Below, one piece after another: positions 12,380 to 23,556 of a stretch of DNA of 64,000 bases. The position numbers and the translations under genes are program-made. A model generated the notes under the pieces. That model had not been told where the DNA came from, made no database searches, and saw only the letters and a list, made by a program, of their open reading frames with translations. Source of the stretch: Squalus acanthias (lineage: Eukaryota); contig CM059425.1 in assembly GCA_030390025.1 (NCBI GenBank), positions 170,750,001-170,814,000 on the forward strand. Direction: 5' to 3'. Each line of letters begins with the position of its first letter. Position 1 is the first letter of the stretch.

Positions 12380-14274
12380 CGTGTGTCTTTTCCTACTCTA
12401 GTGCTCCTACACAGTGCTCCCCCAGTGGCTGCAGCATGGCTGGTGGAAGGCTGCTGACTTTCAGTGGGGGAGACTACAGATGGCTTTGAACGACGACCTC
12501 GATCAGCTGTGGGCCTAGAAGGCCCGGCCAAAGATTGCACCAGCTCGGCATAGGCGGCAGCAGTCTGGACTGGCTGATAGGCAGCGGCAAGGGCACTGGC
12601 GGAGTGGCAGTGGTGGGAATAGGAATGCTGTCATCCTGAGAGAGGACAGCTGCTGCTTGCTCCACACATCCACTCCCCCTGGGGTGGTGCCTCAGTATTC
12701 CTAGCAAACTATTGGAGGACAGATTGCTGGCCTGCTGCGACACCCTGCAAGCCCCTTTCAACATTCGTAAACCCAGCAATGATGGCAGCAGTCTGAGCTT
12801 GTATGGCAGCAATCTGAGCCTGCAGGAGAGCAGTCTGTGCTTCCACTGCAGCACTGAGACATTGGGTCGCTTCCACCTGTGCTGCAATGGAAGCTGCAAG
12901 ATCATCCATCACACCCAGCATTATCTGTGGGTCCACAAGGTCTCTCCTGGAGTTGTCCATCATTTCCATCCTGAAAATCACGGGCTCCAAGCTCTGCGCA
13001 AAGCCTTGTCCAATGTTGGAGCCGGATTCCTCCATGCTTGTTGACACTGACAAGAGGCTCTCTGGCAGGCTTGCCATTGTACCAAGCATTTCTGTGTGAA
13101 TGCCCATCACCCTTCTTCTGAAGGCCGCCCCATCGAGGTCATCATCTGAGTCCTATGTAGCAGAACTCGTGTGCGAACTCGCCCTCTGGGGAGCTGGCAC
13201 CCGAGCTACTCTTTCCCCCTGGCTTGGCTGCAGCCCACTCGTGCCCAGTGACTCACCCTGTGCAGATCCCGCTTCTAGACTGCCCTCTAAATTCCGCGCA
13301 GTGCCATTTTCTGAGCTGGTGGCTGCGAGTGTCAGATGCAGTGCTGATATCTCCTCCTCTTCTTCTTCTTCATCTCCTCCTTCAGTTTGCTCAACACGAG
13401 GGGCAGGATGGCCTGCTGGCAGTTGTTGGGTATCTGAAAGCAGAAAGGCACAAGAGTCGGGTTGTGGTGATAGAAGGGGGGGAAGCAAGATATCTATTCA
13501 TACACCATCAGCAGCTTGTAAGTGAGAAGAGATTGTAGGATGAGGGTGAAGTGGGATGTGAGAAGAAGGATTAGGTATGACCATACGGTCAGCATCAGCA
13601 ACGGCTTCAACTTCTCCACTGGCCACGGACTCAGTCACTGCCCCGCCAATGATTTCAAGCACTGATTCCTCCAGGTTGGTTAGGTTCTGTATTGCGACTT
13701 GGCTGCCTTCCGTCTGCCATTGCTCCCTCCTATTATGCGCCACCTTTGCCCGCAAGAGAAAGGGAAGTGTGTCAGTGAGTGTGGTGCTATGTGTTTGAGT
13801 GATGTGCCTGCCATAGTTGAATAGCTGTCAGTGTGTGCAGGGTGTGAGATGTGGGTGTGAGTGTTGCAGCAATGGTAAGGTTGTGAGGGTGAAGTGAAGC
13901 TCTGATTGTGAGGTATGAGTGGTGATAGGTAGAGATTGTTGGTAGGTGAGTGCTGGAGGTGTGGTGCATTGAGCCGTGTGAGAGGCTTGTGGTACTGATG
14001 GTGGGATATGGCACTTGCTGAAACCTTCACTCACCTTGACCTGCTGTGTGAGGTCATTAAACTTTTTTCGGCACTGGATCCAGGTCCTTGGGACAACACT
14101 GGTGGACGTGACGGAGTCCGCTGTCTCCTCCCATAGCCTTCTGCAAATGTCTTTGGATGGCCTCCTGCCCCCCTGCAGGTACAGCACAGCCTGCCTTCAT
14201 TGCACAGCCAGGACCAAGGCCTCTAGTGCAGCATCTGAAAACCTTCTTGCTCGCTCCCTTGGTTGCCGTGCCAT
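12380..14274 (-). pseudogene. Harbinger Myb/SANT-like (MADF/trihelix) DNA-binding gene, three exons (~14274-14035, ~13750-13586, ~13434-12380)
   Basis: MARQPRERARRFSDAALEALV..LWEE..RTWIQCRKKFNDL then AAG|GTGAGT donor; acidic EEEEEE segment and coiled coil in exon 3; internal stops. Confidence 0.85.
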
Positions 14275-14842
14275 GGCTTGATCTACAAGGACACTGAAGT
14301 GTTTCTGCAACAAAGCACCTCCCCTTTAGGTAGTGCAGAGAGCCTAGGCCAAACATTACTGGCCATGAGACTGCACCTGATATTGCCACTCCGCCCGCCG
14401 CCCCCCCCCCCCACCCCTCGTCTCCCATTCAGCGCTACACCAATCAGCAGCGCATTTCACACTGAGATCAGCGCTCCAATCATGTAAATGAGCAGGCAAC
14501 ATAAATTTTGCACAGTCAAATAGCACTGGCCCGTGACACCGCCCATTTTCAGGCCATATCCAATTTCTAGTCCAATATCTCTAAGCTTCCTCAGAAGCCC
14601 CACCATAGAGATTCCCACTATTTCTAAACTACAGATAATCCTTCCAACTATATGTTTCATAATTTCTTCACAGACTGTTTGCCTCCAATTCTCCCAAATC
14701 TCTATATGCCTTATTGGCCCCAATCTATCACTTTCTCATTCTTCCCTTCAACCCTAATCTCTCCACTCATTCCACTGATGAAAATTGGGCTGCTAGCATT
14801 GCACATCGATAACAGAACCCAGCTAACTTTGCTGCTATTTAA

Positions 14843-17800
14843 ATGAATGGAAGGAAAATCAGGCAGGTGCTGTTTTACATATTACATTACATAGGATATA
14901 CAGCACAGAAGCAGGCCATTCGGTCCAGCCAGTCCATGCCAGCGTTTATACTCCACTCGAGCTACGGCTCTTCGGGGGGGTTTAAACTAATTTGTCAGGG
15001 GGATGGGAAAAAGGGCTGTAGTCCACGAGCCAGTGGTGAGTGTAGGGAGGTACTGAGGAGGGTATCAAGGTCGCAGGAATGTACCGGCAGACAGGAAGAT
15101 GGCTTGAAGTGTGTCTACTTCAATGTAAGGAGCATCCGGAATAAGGTAGGAGAACTTGGAGCGTGGATTGGTACTTGGGACTACGATGTGGTGGCCATTA
15201 CGGAGACATGGTTAGAACAGGGACAGGAATGGTTGTTGGAAGTTCCGGGGTATAGATGTTTCAGTAAGAGTAGGGAAGTTGGTAAGAAAGGTGGAGGAGT
15301 AGCATTGTTAATCAAGGATAGTTTAACAGCGGCAGAAAGGCAGTTCGAGGGGGATCTGCCGTCTGAGGTAATATGGGCTGAAGTTAGAAATAGGAAAGGA
15401 GCGGTCACGTTGTTAGGAGTTTTCTACAGGCCCCCAAATAGTAATAAAGATGTGGAGGAAGAAATTGCAAAGCAGATTATGAATAGGTGTGGAGGTCACA
15501 GAGTAGTTGTCATGGGTGACTTCAACTTTCCAAATATTGATTGGAACCTTTATAGGTCAAACAGTTCGGATGGGATAGTTTTTGCACAGTGTGTGCAGGA
15601 GGGTTTCCTGACACAATATGTGGATAGGCCGACAAGAGGTGGGGCCACGTTGGATTTGGTACTGGGTAATGAACCGGGCCAAGTGTTTGATTTGTATGTG
15701 GGAGAGCACTTTGGAGATAGTGACCACAATTCGGTAACTTTCACTATTGCAATGGAGAGGGATAGGGCCATACGGCAGGGCAGGGTTTATAATTGGGGGA
15801 GGGGTAATTATGATGCGATTAGGCAAGAATTAGGGAGTATAAGATGGGAACAGAAACTATCAGGGAAAGGCACAAACGAAAAGTGGAGCTTTTTCATGGA
15901 GCAATTACTGCGTGTCCTTGATAGGTATGTCCCTGTCAGGCAGGGAGGAAATGGCCGAGTGAGAGAACCATGGTTCACAAAAGAGGTTGAATGTCTAGTC
16001 AAGAGGAAAAAGGAAGCGTATGTAAGGATGAGAAAACAAGGTTCAGTTGGGTCGATTGAGGGGTACAAGGTAGCAAGGAATGAGCTAAAAAAAGAGCTTA
16101 GGAGAGCTAGGAGGGGGCATGAGAAGTCCTTGGCGGGTCGGATCAAGAAAAACCCCAAGGCTTTTTACTCTTATGTGAGAAATAAAAGAATGACCAGGGT
16201 GAGGGTAGGGCCGGTCAAGGACAGTAGTGGGAACTTGTGCATGGAGTCAGAAGAGATAGGAGAGGTGATGAATGAATACTTTTCGTCAGTGTTCACCGAG
16301 GAGAGGGGCCATGTTCTTGAGGATGAGAGTGTGATAAAGGTGGATAGGCTGGAGGTGGTAGATGTTCTGAGGGAAGTTGTTTTAGCAATTTTGAAGAACC
16401 TGAGGGTCGATAAGTCCCCTGGGCCAGATGGGATATATCCTAGGATTCTTTGGGAGGCAAGGGAGGAGATTGCAGAGCCTCTGGCTTTGATCTTTGGGTC
16501 CTCACTGTCCACGGGGATGGTGCCAGAGGACTGGAGAGTGGCGAATGTTGTTCCTCTCTTCAAGAAAGGAAATAGGAATGACCCTGGTAATTATAGGCCG
16601 GTTAGTCTTACTTCGGTGGCTGGTAAGATAATGGAAAAGGTCCTGAGGGATAGGATTTATGACCATTTGGAAAGGGGCAACTTAATCAGGGATAGTCAAC
16701 ACGGATTCGTGAAGGGTAAGTCTTGCCTAACAAATTTGATTGAATTCTTTGAGGAGGTAACTAAGTGTGTAGATGAAGGTAGAGCAGTTGATGTCGTATA
16801 CATGGATTTTAGTAAGGCGTTTGATAAGGTTCCCCATGGTCGTCTCATAAAGAAAGTAAGGAGTTGTGGGATAGAGGGAAATTTGGCCGATTGGATAAGT
16901 AACTGGCTATCTCATAGAAGGCAGAGGGTGGTGGTGGATGGAACATTTTCGGACTGGAGACCAGTTACCAGCGGTGTGCCACAGGGGTCGGTGCTGGGTC
17001 CTCTGCTGTTTGTGATTTTTATCAATGACTTGGAGGAGGGGACTGAAGGGTGGATCAGTAAATTTGCTGATGACACCAAGATTGGTGGAGTAGTGGATGA
17101 GGTGGAGGGCAGTTGTAGGCTGCAAAGAGACATTGATAGGATGCAGAGCTGGGCCGAAAAATGGCAGATGGAATTTAACCCTGATAAGTGCGAGGTGATT
17201 CATTTTGGTAGGGCAAATTTGAATAAGGATTACAGGGTCAACGGCAGGGTTCTGAGGAACGTGGAGGAGCAGAGGGATCTGGGGGTTCATATCCACAGAT
17301 CTCTGAAGGTTGCCACTCAAGTGGATAGAGCAGTAAAGAAGGCCTATGGTGTGTTGGCGTTTATTAACAGAGGGTTTGAGTTTAAGAACCGTGAGGTTAT
17401 GCTGCAACTGTACAGGACCTTGGTGAGACCACATTTGGAATATTGTGTGCAGTTCTGGTCACCTCACTATAGGAAGGACGTGGAAGCATTGGAAAGAGTG
17501 CAAAGGAGATTTACCAGGATGCTGCCTGGTTTGGGGGGGAGGTCTTATGAGGAAAGATTGAGGGAGTTGGGGCTTTTCTCTTTAGAGCGGAGGAGGATGA
17601 GAGGCGACTTAATAAAGGTTTATAAGATGATAAGGGGGATAGATAGAGTGGATGTTCAGAGACTATTTCCTCGGGTAGAGGCAGCTGTTACAAGGGGGCA
17701 TAACTATAAGGTGCATGGGGGGAGATATAGAAGGGATGTCCGAGGTAGATTCTTTACTCAGAGAGTGGTTGGGGTGTGGAATGGACTGCCTGCTGTGATA

Positions 17801-17887
17801 GTGGAGTCGGACACTTTAGGAACTTTCAAGCGGTTATTGGATAAGCACATGGAGCACACCAGAGTGATAGGGAGTGTGATAGCTTGA
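14843..17887 (+). CDS. Open frame encoding complete CR1 ORF2p (APE endonuclease + RT); the first ~40 codons lie outside the element
   Basis: 1014-aa ORF with CVYFNVRSIRNK, AITETW, YRPP, GDFN, SDHN, QHGF, DFSKAFDKV, GVPQGSVLGP, KFADD and the full C-terminus; no stops or frameshifts. Confidence 0.88.
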   Translation: MNGRKIRQVLFYILHYIGYTAQKQAIRSSQSMPAFILHSSYGSSGGFKLICQGDGKKGCSPRASGECREVLRRVSRSQECTGRQEDGLKCVYFNVRSIRNKVGELGAWIGTWDYDVVAITETWLEQGQEWLLEVPGYRCFSKSREVGKKGGGVALLIKDSLTAAERQFEGDLPSEVIWAEVRNRKGAVTLLGVFYRPPNSNKDVEEEIAKQIMNRCGGHRVVVMGDFNFPNIDWNLYRSNSSDGIVFAQCVQEGFLTQYVDRPTRGGATLDLVLGNEPGQVFDLYVGEHFGDSDHNSVTFTIAMERDRAIRQGRVYNWGRGNYDAIRQELGSIRWEQKLSGKGTNEKWSFFMEQLLRVLDRYVPVRQGGNGRVREPWFTKEVECLVKRKKEAYVRMRKQGSVGSIEGYKVARNELKKELRRARRGHEKSLAGRIKKNPKAFYSYVRNKRMTRVRVGPVKDSSGNLCMESEEIGEVMNEYFSSVFTEERGHVLEDESVIKVDRLEVVDVLREVVLAILKNLRVDKSPGPDGIYPRILWEAREEIAEPLALIFGSSLSTGMVPEDWRVANVVPLFKKGNRNDPGNYRPVSLTSVAGKIMEKVLRDRIYDHLERGNLIRDSQHGFVKGKSCLTNLIEFFEEVTKCVDEGRAVDVVYMDFSKAFDKVPHGRLIKKVRSCGIEGNLADWISNWLSHRRQRVVVDGTFSDWRPVTSGVPQGSVLGPLLFVIFINDLEEGTEGWISKFADDTKIGGVVDEVEGSCRLQRDIDRMQSWAEKWQMEFNPDKCEVIHFGRANLNKDYRVNGRVLRNVEEQRDLGVHIHRSLKVATQVDRAVKKAYGVLAFINRGFEFKNREVMLQLYRTLVRPHLEYCVQFWSPHYRKDVEALERVQRRFTRMLPGLGGRSYEERLRELGLFSLERRRMRGDLIKVYKMIRGIDRVDVQRLFPRVEAAVTRGHNYKVHGGRYRRDVRGRFFTQRVVGVWNGLPAVIVESDTLGTFKRLLDKHMEHTRVIGSVIA

Positions 17888-17973
17888 TCTTGGTCTCGGA
17901 CAATGCTCGGCACAACATCGAGGGCCGAAGGGCCTGTACTGTGCTGTACTGTTCTATGTATCTATGTATCTAT
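14963..17973 (+). mobile_element. 5'-truncated CR1 LINE with uninterrupted ORF2, inserted into an older antisense CR1 tail (14875-14962 and 17974-18121)
   Basis: Starts in the last ORF1 codons (GGLN*), ends in (TCTATGTA)n; GAGC on both sides (14959-14962, 17974-17977); host tail rejoins as ctccactcgagcctcctc, as at 9643-9660. Confidence 0.92.
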
Positions 17974-18539
17974 GAGCCTCCTCCCGTCTTTCCTCATCTA
18001 AATCTATCAGCATAACCCTCGATTCCCTTCTCCCTCATATGCTTATCGAGCGTCCCCTTAAATGCATTTATACTATTCGCTTCAACCACTCCCTGTGGTA
18101 GCGAGTTCCACATTCCCACCATGTTACCACCATGCAATCCTTCCTGCCTGATTTTCTTTTCTGCACTCCAGCCACAAGATGCTTAATGCCCAGACGGTAA
18201 AAACAAAAATCAACACCAGTGTTTTTAATCTCACAGTGAGAGAAAGGATTAGGCAGGAGTAAGGATCAACACATTCTGGAACTTTTCCCTAATCCTTTTA
18301 TTCATCAATTTGCATAATTAATCTGTTTTGGATTTAAAGATCAATTTGAGCAGAAGATAAGGGCAGGTGAGGGACCATTTCTTCTTCGCTAAAACATTCC
18401 ATTACTGGATCATTTTTACCACCGAACCCCCTTCGACTCATGAAAAAGAACCAATTGCTGTTTTGTAAAAGACAATGGTGTGAGAGATAGTAAACGTATA
18501 TAAGGTAACTTTTGAGATATTTAACAAGACTGCACTGTT

Positions 18540-18800
18540 GGTAAGAGGTCGCACGCTGGCAATGCATGTCACAAATTCAGGCCTGCACTGGTCATGGTTT
18601 TCCAACCATTGAAATGAATGGTCAAAAACATGCAGGCAGTGCAAGCCTTCCCAACGTTACATTGAAGGAAGTTGTGGCTCATCCATGACTTGATGTCAGG
18701 CATATAGTCTGAGGGCACGGAGGTAGTCATGAAGTCAAGAGGTGTTGGAGCAGTAGAACTAGATGTCATCGCCATCCAGGCCTGCAGCAACATGCAATCC
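18540..18800 (-). mobile_element. Old L2-type LINE RT fragment
   Basis: Translates to DIKSWMSHNFLQ-NVGK, resembling the L2 post-YADD motif. Confidence 0.5.
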
Positions 18801-18874
18801 CCCTCCCCCTTCCCCCATTGTTCTCAATCACAGGCATACATGCACCTGCAGCTCACCCACTACACAGAAAGCTC

Positions 18875-19355
18875 ATACACAAATCTTTGATGGTGGCAAG
18901 ACAGGGCGATAAAGCTGCTAAAAAATCTTATGGGATCCTGAACTTTGTAAATAAATGCATCGAGTACAAAAACAAGGAAGTTATGGTAAACCTTTATAAA
19001 TCACTGGTTAGGCCTCAACTGGAGTATTGTGTCCAATTCTGGGTACCATAATTCAGGAAGGATGTCAAGGCCTTGGAGAGGGTGCAGAGAAGATTTACTA
19101 GAATGGTACCTTTGGCTTGTGTTATGTGGAGAGACTAGAGAAGCTGGGATTGTAGAGAAGGTTAAAGGAAGATATAATAGAGGTGTTCAAAATTATGAAG
19201 GGTTCTGATAGAGTAGATAGGAAGAAACAGTTGCCACTGGCAGGAGGATTGATAAACAGGGGACACAGATTTACGATAATTGGTGAATGAACCGGAGGGG
19301 GGGGGAGGAGATTAGTTTACTTTTTTTACGCAATGAGTTGTTATGATCTGGAATT
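18875..19355 (+). mobile_element. Decayed CR1 ORF2 3' fragment
   Basis: YGILNFVNKCIEYKNKEVMVNLYKSLVRPQLEYCVQFW. Confidence 0.8.
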
Positions 19356-20484
19356 TGACAGAATGTGGTTATACTTCTGGAGATGGAGTTTGTAAGTAGC
19401 TTGATCGCTGCCAGAAAAGTAGCAGGACATGACTGCTGCCTTCCCGGTGGCCTGATGTTGACCCAAGTGATTTCCCAGGGTCAGTCTAATTAACATTTTT
19501 TAATGGACACCAGACAATCTATCCACCTGCACCAGGGAGCCCGGCAGGAGGTAAGGAGCAGAATAGAGGCTACTGCAGGCCTCGGTTGAATCAAATGAAA
19601 TTGTTATGGGTGACGTTAGTTTAGCAGGAATAATTTTAGGAGGTCTGAAAATGGAGTAAAAGGGGTGAAGAATATGAACCAGTATGTTTGAACTTTAGGT
19701 GTCTGATAGGCCGCAGTGGTCTTGTCCAATCCTGTACATTCCTGTGTCCTTATGTTATTGAAGAATGCTATTAGAAGGCAGGACTACCCAGATACCATAG
19801 ATCAAATGAAAGAGCTTTATTAACAAAATGGGTAATAGAGTCCACTGTCTTTCTAATACAGCATATTCATTCTCACTATGGAGGGTTGGAGAGCTCAATT
19901 TTCCAATAGGATCCCTTTGCTTTCTCTAGCTAGAGAGGGAACACTACTGAACCTGGCAACATTCAGCTGGCCAAGCTGAAGAACAGATGCTCAGAGATAT
20001 TGCAGCAGGAAGGGAAATAGGAGTCAGACTCATGGGATGGGAGCAAGCAGATTGGGTTCAGAGCCCGGTCTGGTATCTTCAGCTGGTTCCCTCCCTGTCA
20101 TGGCACCAGCTGCACTCCGCTCCCCCAGGCAGAGACTCAGCCAAGGACTGATGAGCCTGAATTTTCCGATCTTGCAAGACTGCTCAGTACATACACCAGC
20201 ACTCAGCTTTGTGCTCGGCAAGCACAATGAAGCAGGAGACACAATGAAAAGCATGCCAAGTATCAGACAAGACTATTAAGGAGGGATTTCCTTCACAAAA
20301 GTAGGAATCTGGGAAGACTCCCAACTTGGAAGACCCACGCATTAGGAGGGCAAGAGGACAGAAATATGATCACAGTGCTGGCAGAAGGTGTCAGCCCACA
20401 CATTACAATATTAAATATAAACAGAAAATGCTGGAAATGCTCAGCAGGTCAGGCAGCATTTGCGGAGAGAGATACAGAGTTAAT

Positions 20485-21225
20485 GGCCCCAAAATTAGTC
20501 CCGTGACGCGAGAGTACGCACTGTGTACTCTCGCGTATTCTGTCTCCAATTGCCGGTTTTCTGCATGCACTGCGCATGCGCTGAAAACCGGCACTTGGTG
20601 AATGGAAAAGGGGGCGGTTCCTAGGTGAACCGCGTGCGCGCTACAGGCTGCGCGCACGCAGTGCACTTAGTGGTTTCAACGCGCAGGTAAGTATGGAAGA
20701 TTTTACACATAAAATAAGGAGGAGTAAGACCCACTTTTAACAAGGTAAGTAGTGAATTAAGTATTATTTTGAATTTTTTTTAACAGGTATATCTTTTTTA
20801 GAGACTTTAAAGACAGGTAAGTTTATTTTTATAACTTTTTAAAAGATTTTAAATCTTTTCAAAAATTTAATTTTTTATTTAAAATGGTTAATTTATTTAA
20901 CTATACTTATTTTATTAATGTGATGGTTTTTTTTAATTTAATTGAGGTTTAGCTGTTCTTTTGGGGGGCTATAGTATTCATAGCTTTCACAGCACTTATG
21001 TGAAAGTTATGAATGGAAGATGGTGTGCTGCCATTGGCTCTAACTGAGTCACGTGATCCCACAGCTCGCACGAATTAACTGCGCCTGTGGGATACGCAAG
21101 CCCAGCACAGCAGCTGTCCAGAACATCAAGTTCGTGCGAGCTGGAACTGAAAAAGCCAACGCGCAGTGAGAGATCGCAGGGAAGCCTTACCCTCGCACGA
21201 AGGCTTTCTCACGAATTTTTGGGCC
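20485..21225 (+). mobile_element. MITE family A, copy 1 (741 bp, Harbinger-type)
   Basis: TIRs GGCCCCAAAATT and AATTTTTGGGCC; AAT at 20482-20484 and 21226-21228; homologous to 30921-31662 and 31704-32465. Confidence 0.9.
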
Positions 21226-21939
21226 AATGTTTCAGGTCTGTGACCTTACGTTAGAACTGGAAAATGTTACAGATATAACAGGTTTTAAGCAAGTGCAGAG
21301 GCAGGGAAAGGGGGAGGAAGAACTCCCTAAAAGGTCTGTGATAGGGTGGAAGGCAGGAGAGGTTAAATAACAAAAGGGATGATAGTGCAAGGTAAATGGG
21401 GGTGGTATTGGGACAAGTAAAGAAACAAAAGATGGGCCGAGAGGAGCTGTAAATGGCAACAGCAGAACCATTACCAGCACCTGCACTCCAAAAAAAATGG
21501 GGGTAGTGGTTATGATCTGAAGTTGTTGAACTCGATATTGAGACTGGAAGGTTGTAAAGTGCTTAATCAAAAGATGAGGTGCTGTTCCTTGAACTTCCGT
21601 TGAGTTTCATTAGAACAGTGTAGGAGGCCAAGGACAGAGAGATCAGAGTGGGAGTGGGACAGATAATTAAAATGGTAAACGACCGGAAGCTCAGGGTCAC
21701 GCTTGCAGACTGAATGGAGGTGTTCAGCAAAGTTATGTTTGATCTCCCCAGTGTAGAGGGGACCCCTTCATGAGCAGCGAATACTGTGTACTAAGAGGAA
21801 AGAAGTACAGGTAAATTGCTGTTTTGCATGGAAGGAGTGTTTGGGGCCCTGGACGGTGGGAAGGAAGGAGGTAAAAGGGCAGGTGTTGCATCTCAAAGGC
21901 AGAGCTAGGACCCATATGGGATCCCATAGCGACACCTTT

Positions 21940-22945
21940 CATAGAAGCATAGAAGCATAGAAGATAGGAGCAGGAGTAGGCCATTCAGCCCCTCGAGCCT
22001 GTTCCGCCATTTAATGAGATCATGGCTGATCATCCAAATTCAGTACCCTGTCCCTGCTTTCTCCCCATATCCCTTGATACCTTTAGCCTTAAGAAGTATA
22101 TCTAACTCATTCTTGAATATATTTAATGAATTGGCCTCAACTACCTTCTGTGGTAGAGAATTCCACAGGTTCACCACTCTCTGGGTGAAGAAATTCCTCC
22201 TCATCTCAGTCCTAAATGGCTTACCCCTTATCCTTAGACTGTGACCTTTGGTTCTGGACTCCCCCGCCATCAGGAACATCCTTCTTGCATCAAGTCTGTC
22301 TAGTCCAGTTAGAATTTTATAAGTTTCAATGAGATCCCCTCTCATTCTTGGAAACTCTAGCGAATATAAGCCTAATCGACCCAATCTCTCTTCATACGTC
22401 ATTCCTGCCATCCCAGGTATCAGTCTGGTAAATCTTCGCTGCACTCCCTCCATGGCAAGAACATCCTTCCTCAGATAAGGCGACCAAAACTGCACACAAT
22501 ACTCAAGGTGTGGTCTCACCAAGGCCTTGTACAACTGCAGCAAGACATCCTTGCTCCTGTACTCGAATCCTCTCGCTATGAAGGCCAACATACCATTTGC
22601 CTTCTTAACCACCTGCATGCTTACCTTCAGCGACTGGTGTACAAGGACGCCCAGATCTCGTTGCACTTCCCCTTTTCCCAATCTATTGCCGTTCAGATAA
22701 TAATCTGTCTTCTTGTTTTTGCCACCAAATTGGATAACCTCGCATTTATCCACATTATACTGCATCTGCCATGCATCTGCCCAATCACCCAACCTGTCCA
22801 AATCATACTGGAGTTTCTCTGCATCCTCCTCACAGCACACACGCCCACCCAGCTTTGTGTTGTCTGCAAACTTAGAGATATTACATCTAGTTCCCTCGTC
22901 TAGATCATTAATATATATTGTGAATAGCTGGGGTCCTAGCACCGA
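21940..22945 (-). mobile_element. 5'-truncated CR1 (same family as 4224-9480) inserted in the Penelope RT
   Basis: VLGPQLFTIYIND..RPHLEYC..GYGEKAGTGY*; tail catagaagcatagaag. Confidence 0.9.
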
Positions 22946-23556
22946 TGTGGAGGAAGTGAGAGGAGTCAAAGGAGAAGTTGTTCAATGTAAGAACAAGTTC
23001 AGCCAGGCGGAGGAGAGTGGTGGTGGCTGGGGACTGGTTGGGCCTCCGTTCAAGGAAGAAGCGGAGGGCCTGCAGGCTGCCCTGGTGGGGGATGGAGGTG
23101 TGGAGGGACTGGATATCCATGGTGAAAAGGAGACAGGGCTAGAAAACTGGAAACTGTTGAAGTGGCGGAGGGCGTTGGAAGATTCACGGATGTAGGTCGG
23201 AAGAGACTGGACAAGGGGAGAAAAAAATAAAGTCAAGATACGAAGAAATCAGTTCCATGGAGCAAGAACAGGCTGAAACGATGGGTCAGTCCTGTTTGTG
23301 GATCTTGGGAAGGGGATAGATGCAGGTTGTGTGGGGTTAGGGGCCTATGAAGTAAGCCAGCTAACCTTAAAAACTTGATAGGATCTGGTATATGTAGAGG
23401 TTAAGAAGTTAGAGAGAATAAATGGGTATGAGAAAGGCTCCAAATTGTGTCACTGACATTTTCAACCCTATTTCTTTAAATTCCGCCCCCCCCCCCACCC
23501 CCCCCGCAAACACTTTGGATTCAATATAGGGCTCTGCCAACATAACAAGACAGCCA

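Larger units (their letters stand above)
2759..14573 (+). mobile_element. PIF/Harbinger DNA transposon (formerly autonomous), interrupted by nested CR1 LINEs
   Basis: TIRs GGCCTAGAAATT (2759) and AATTTCTAGTCC (ends 14573); AAT duplicated at 2756-2758 and 14574-14576; convergent transposase (+) and Myb/SANT (-) genes. Confidence 0.88.
20415..23340 (-). mobile_element. Penelope-like retroelement (RT + GIY-YIG endonuclease), internally deleted, interrupted by a MITE and a CR1
   Basis: MDIQSLHTSIPHQ..LLRLAELVLTLNNFSF | KGVAMGSHMGP (RT); FAEHLHSV..HFN..EQHLIF..LNIEFNNFRS* (GIY-YIG C-terminus). Confidence 0.85.

Noticed and set aside
14843..17887. Retron, DGR, group II intron or defence-associated reverse transcriptase
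   Set aside because: APE endonuclease plus RT, CR1 microsatellite tail and target duplication identify a CR1 LINE.
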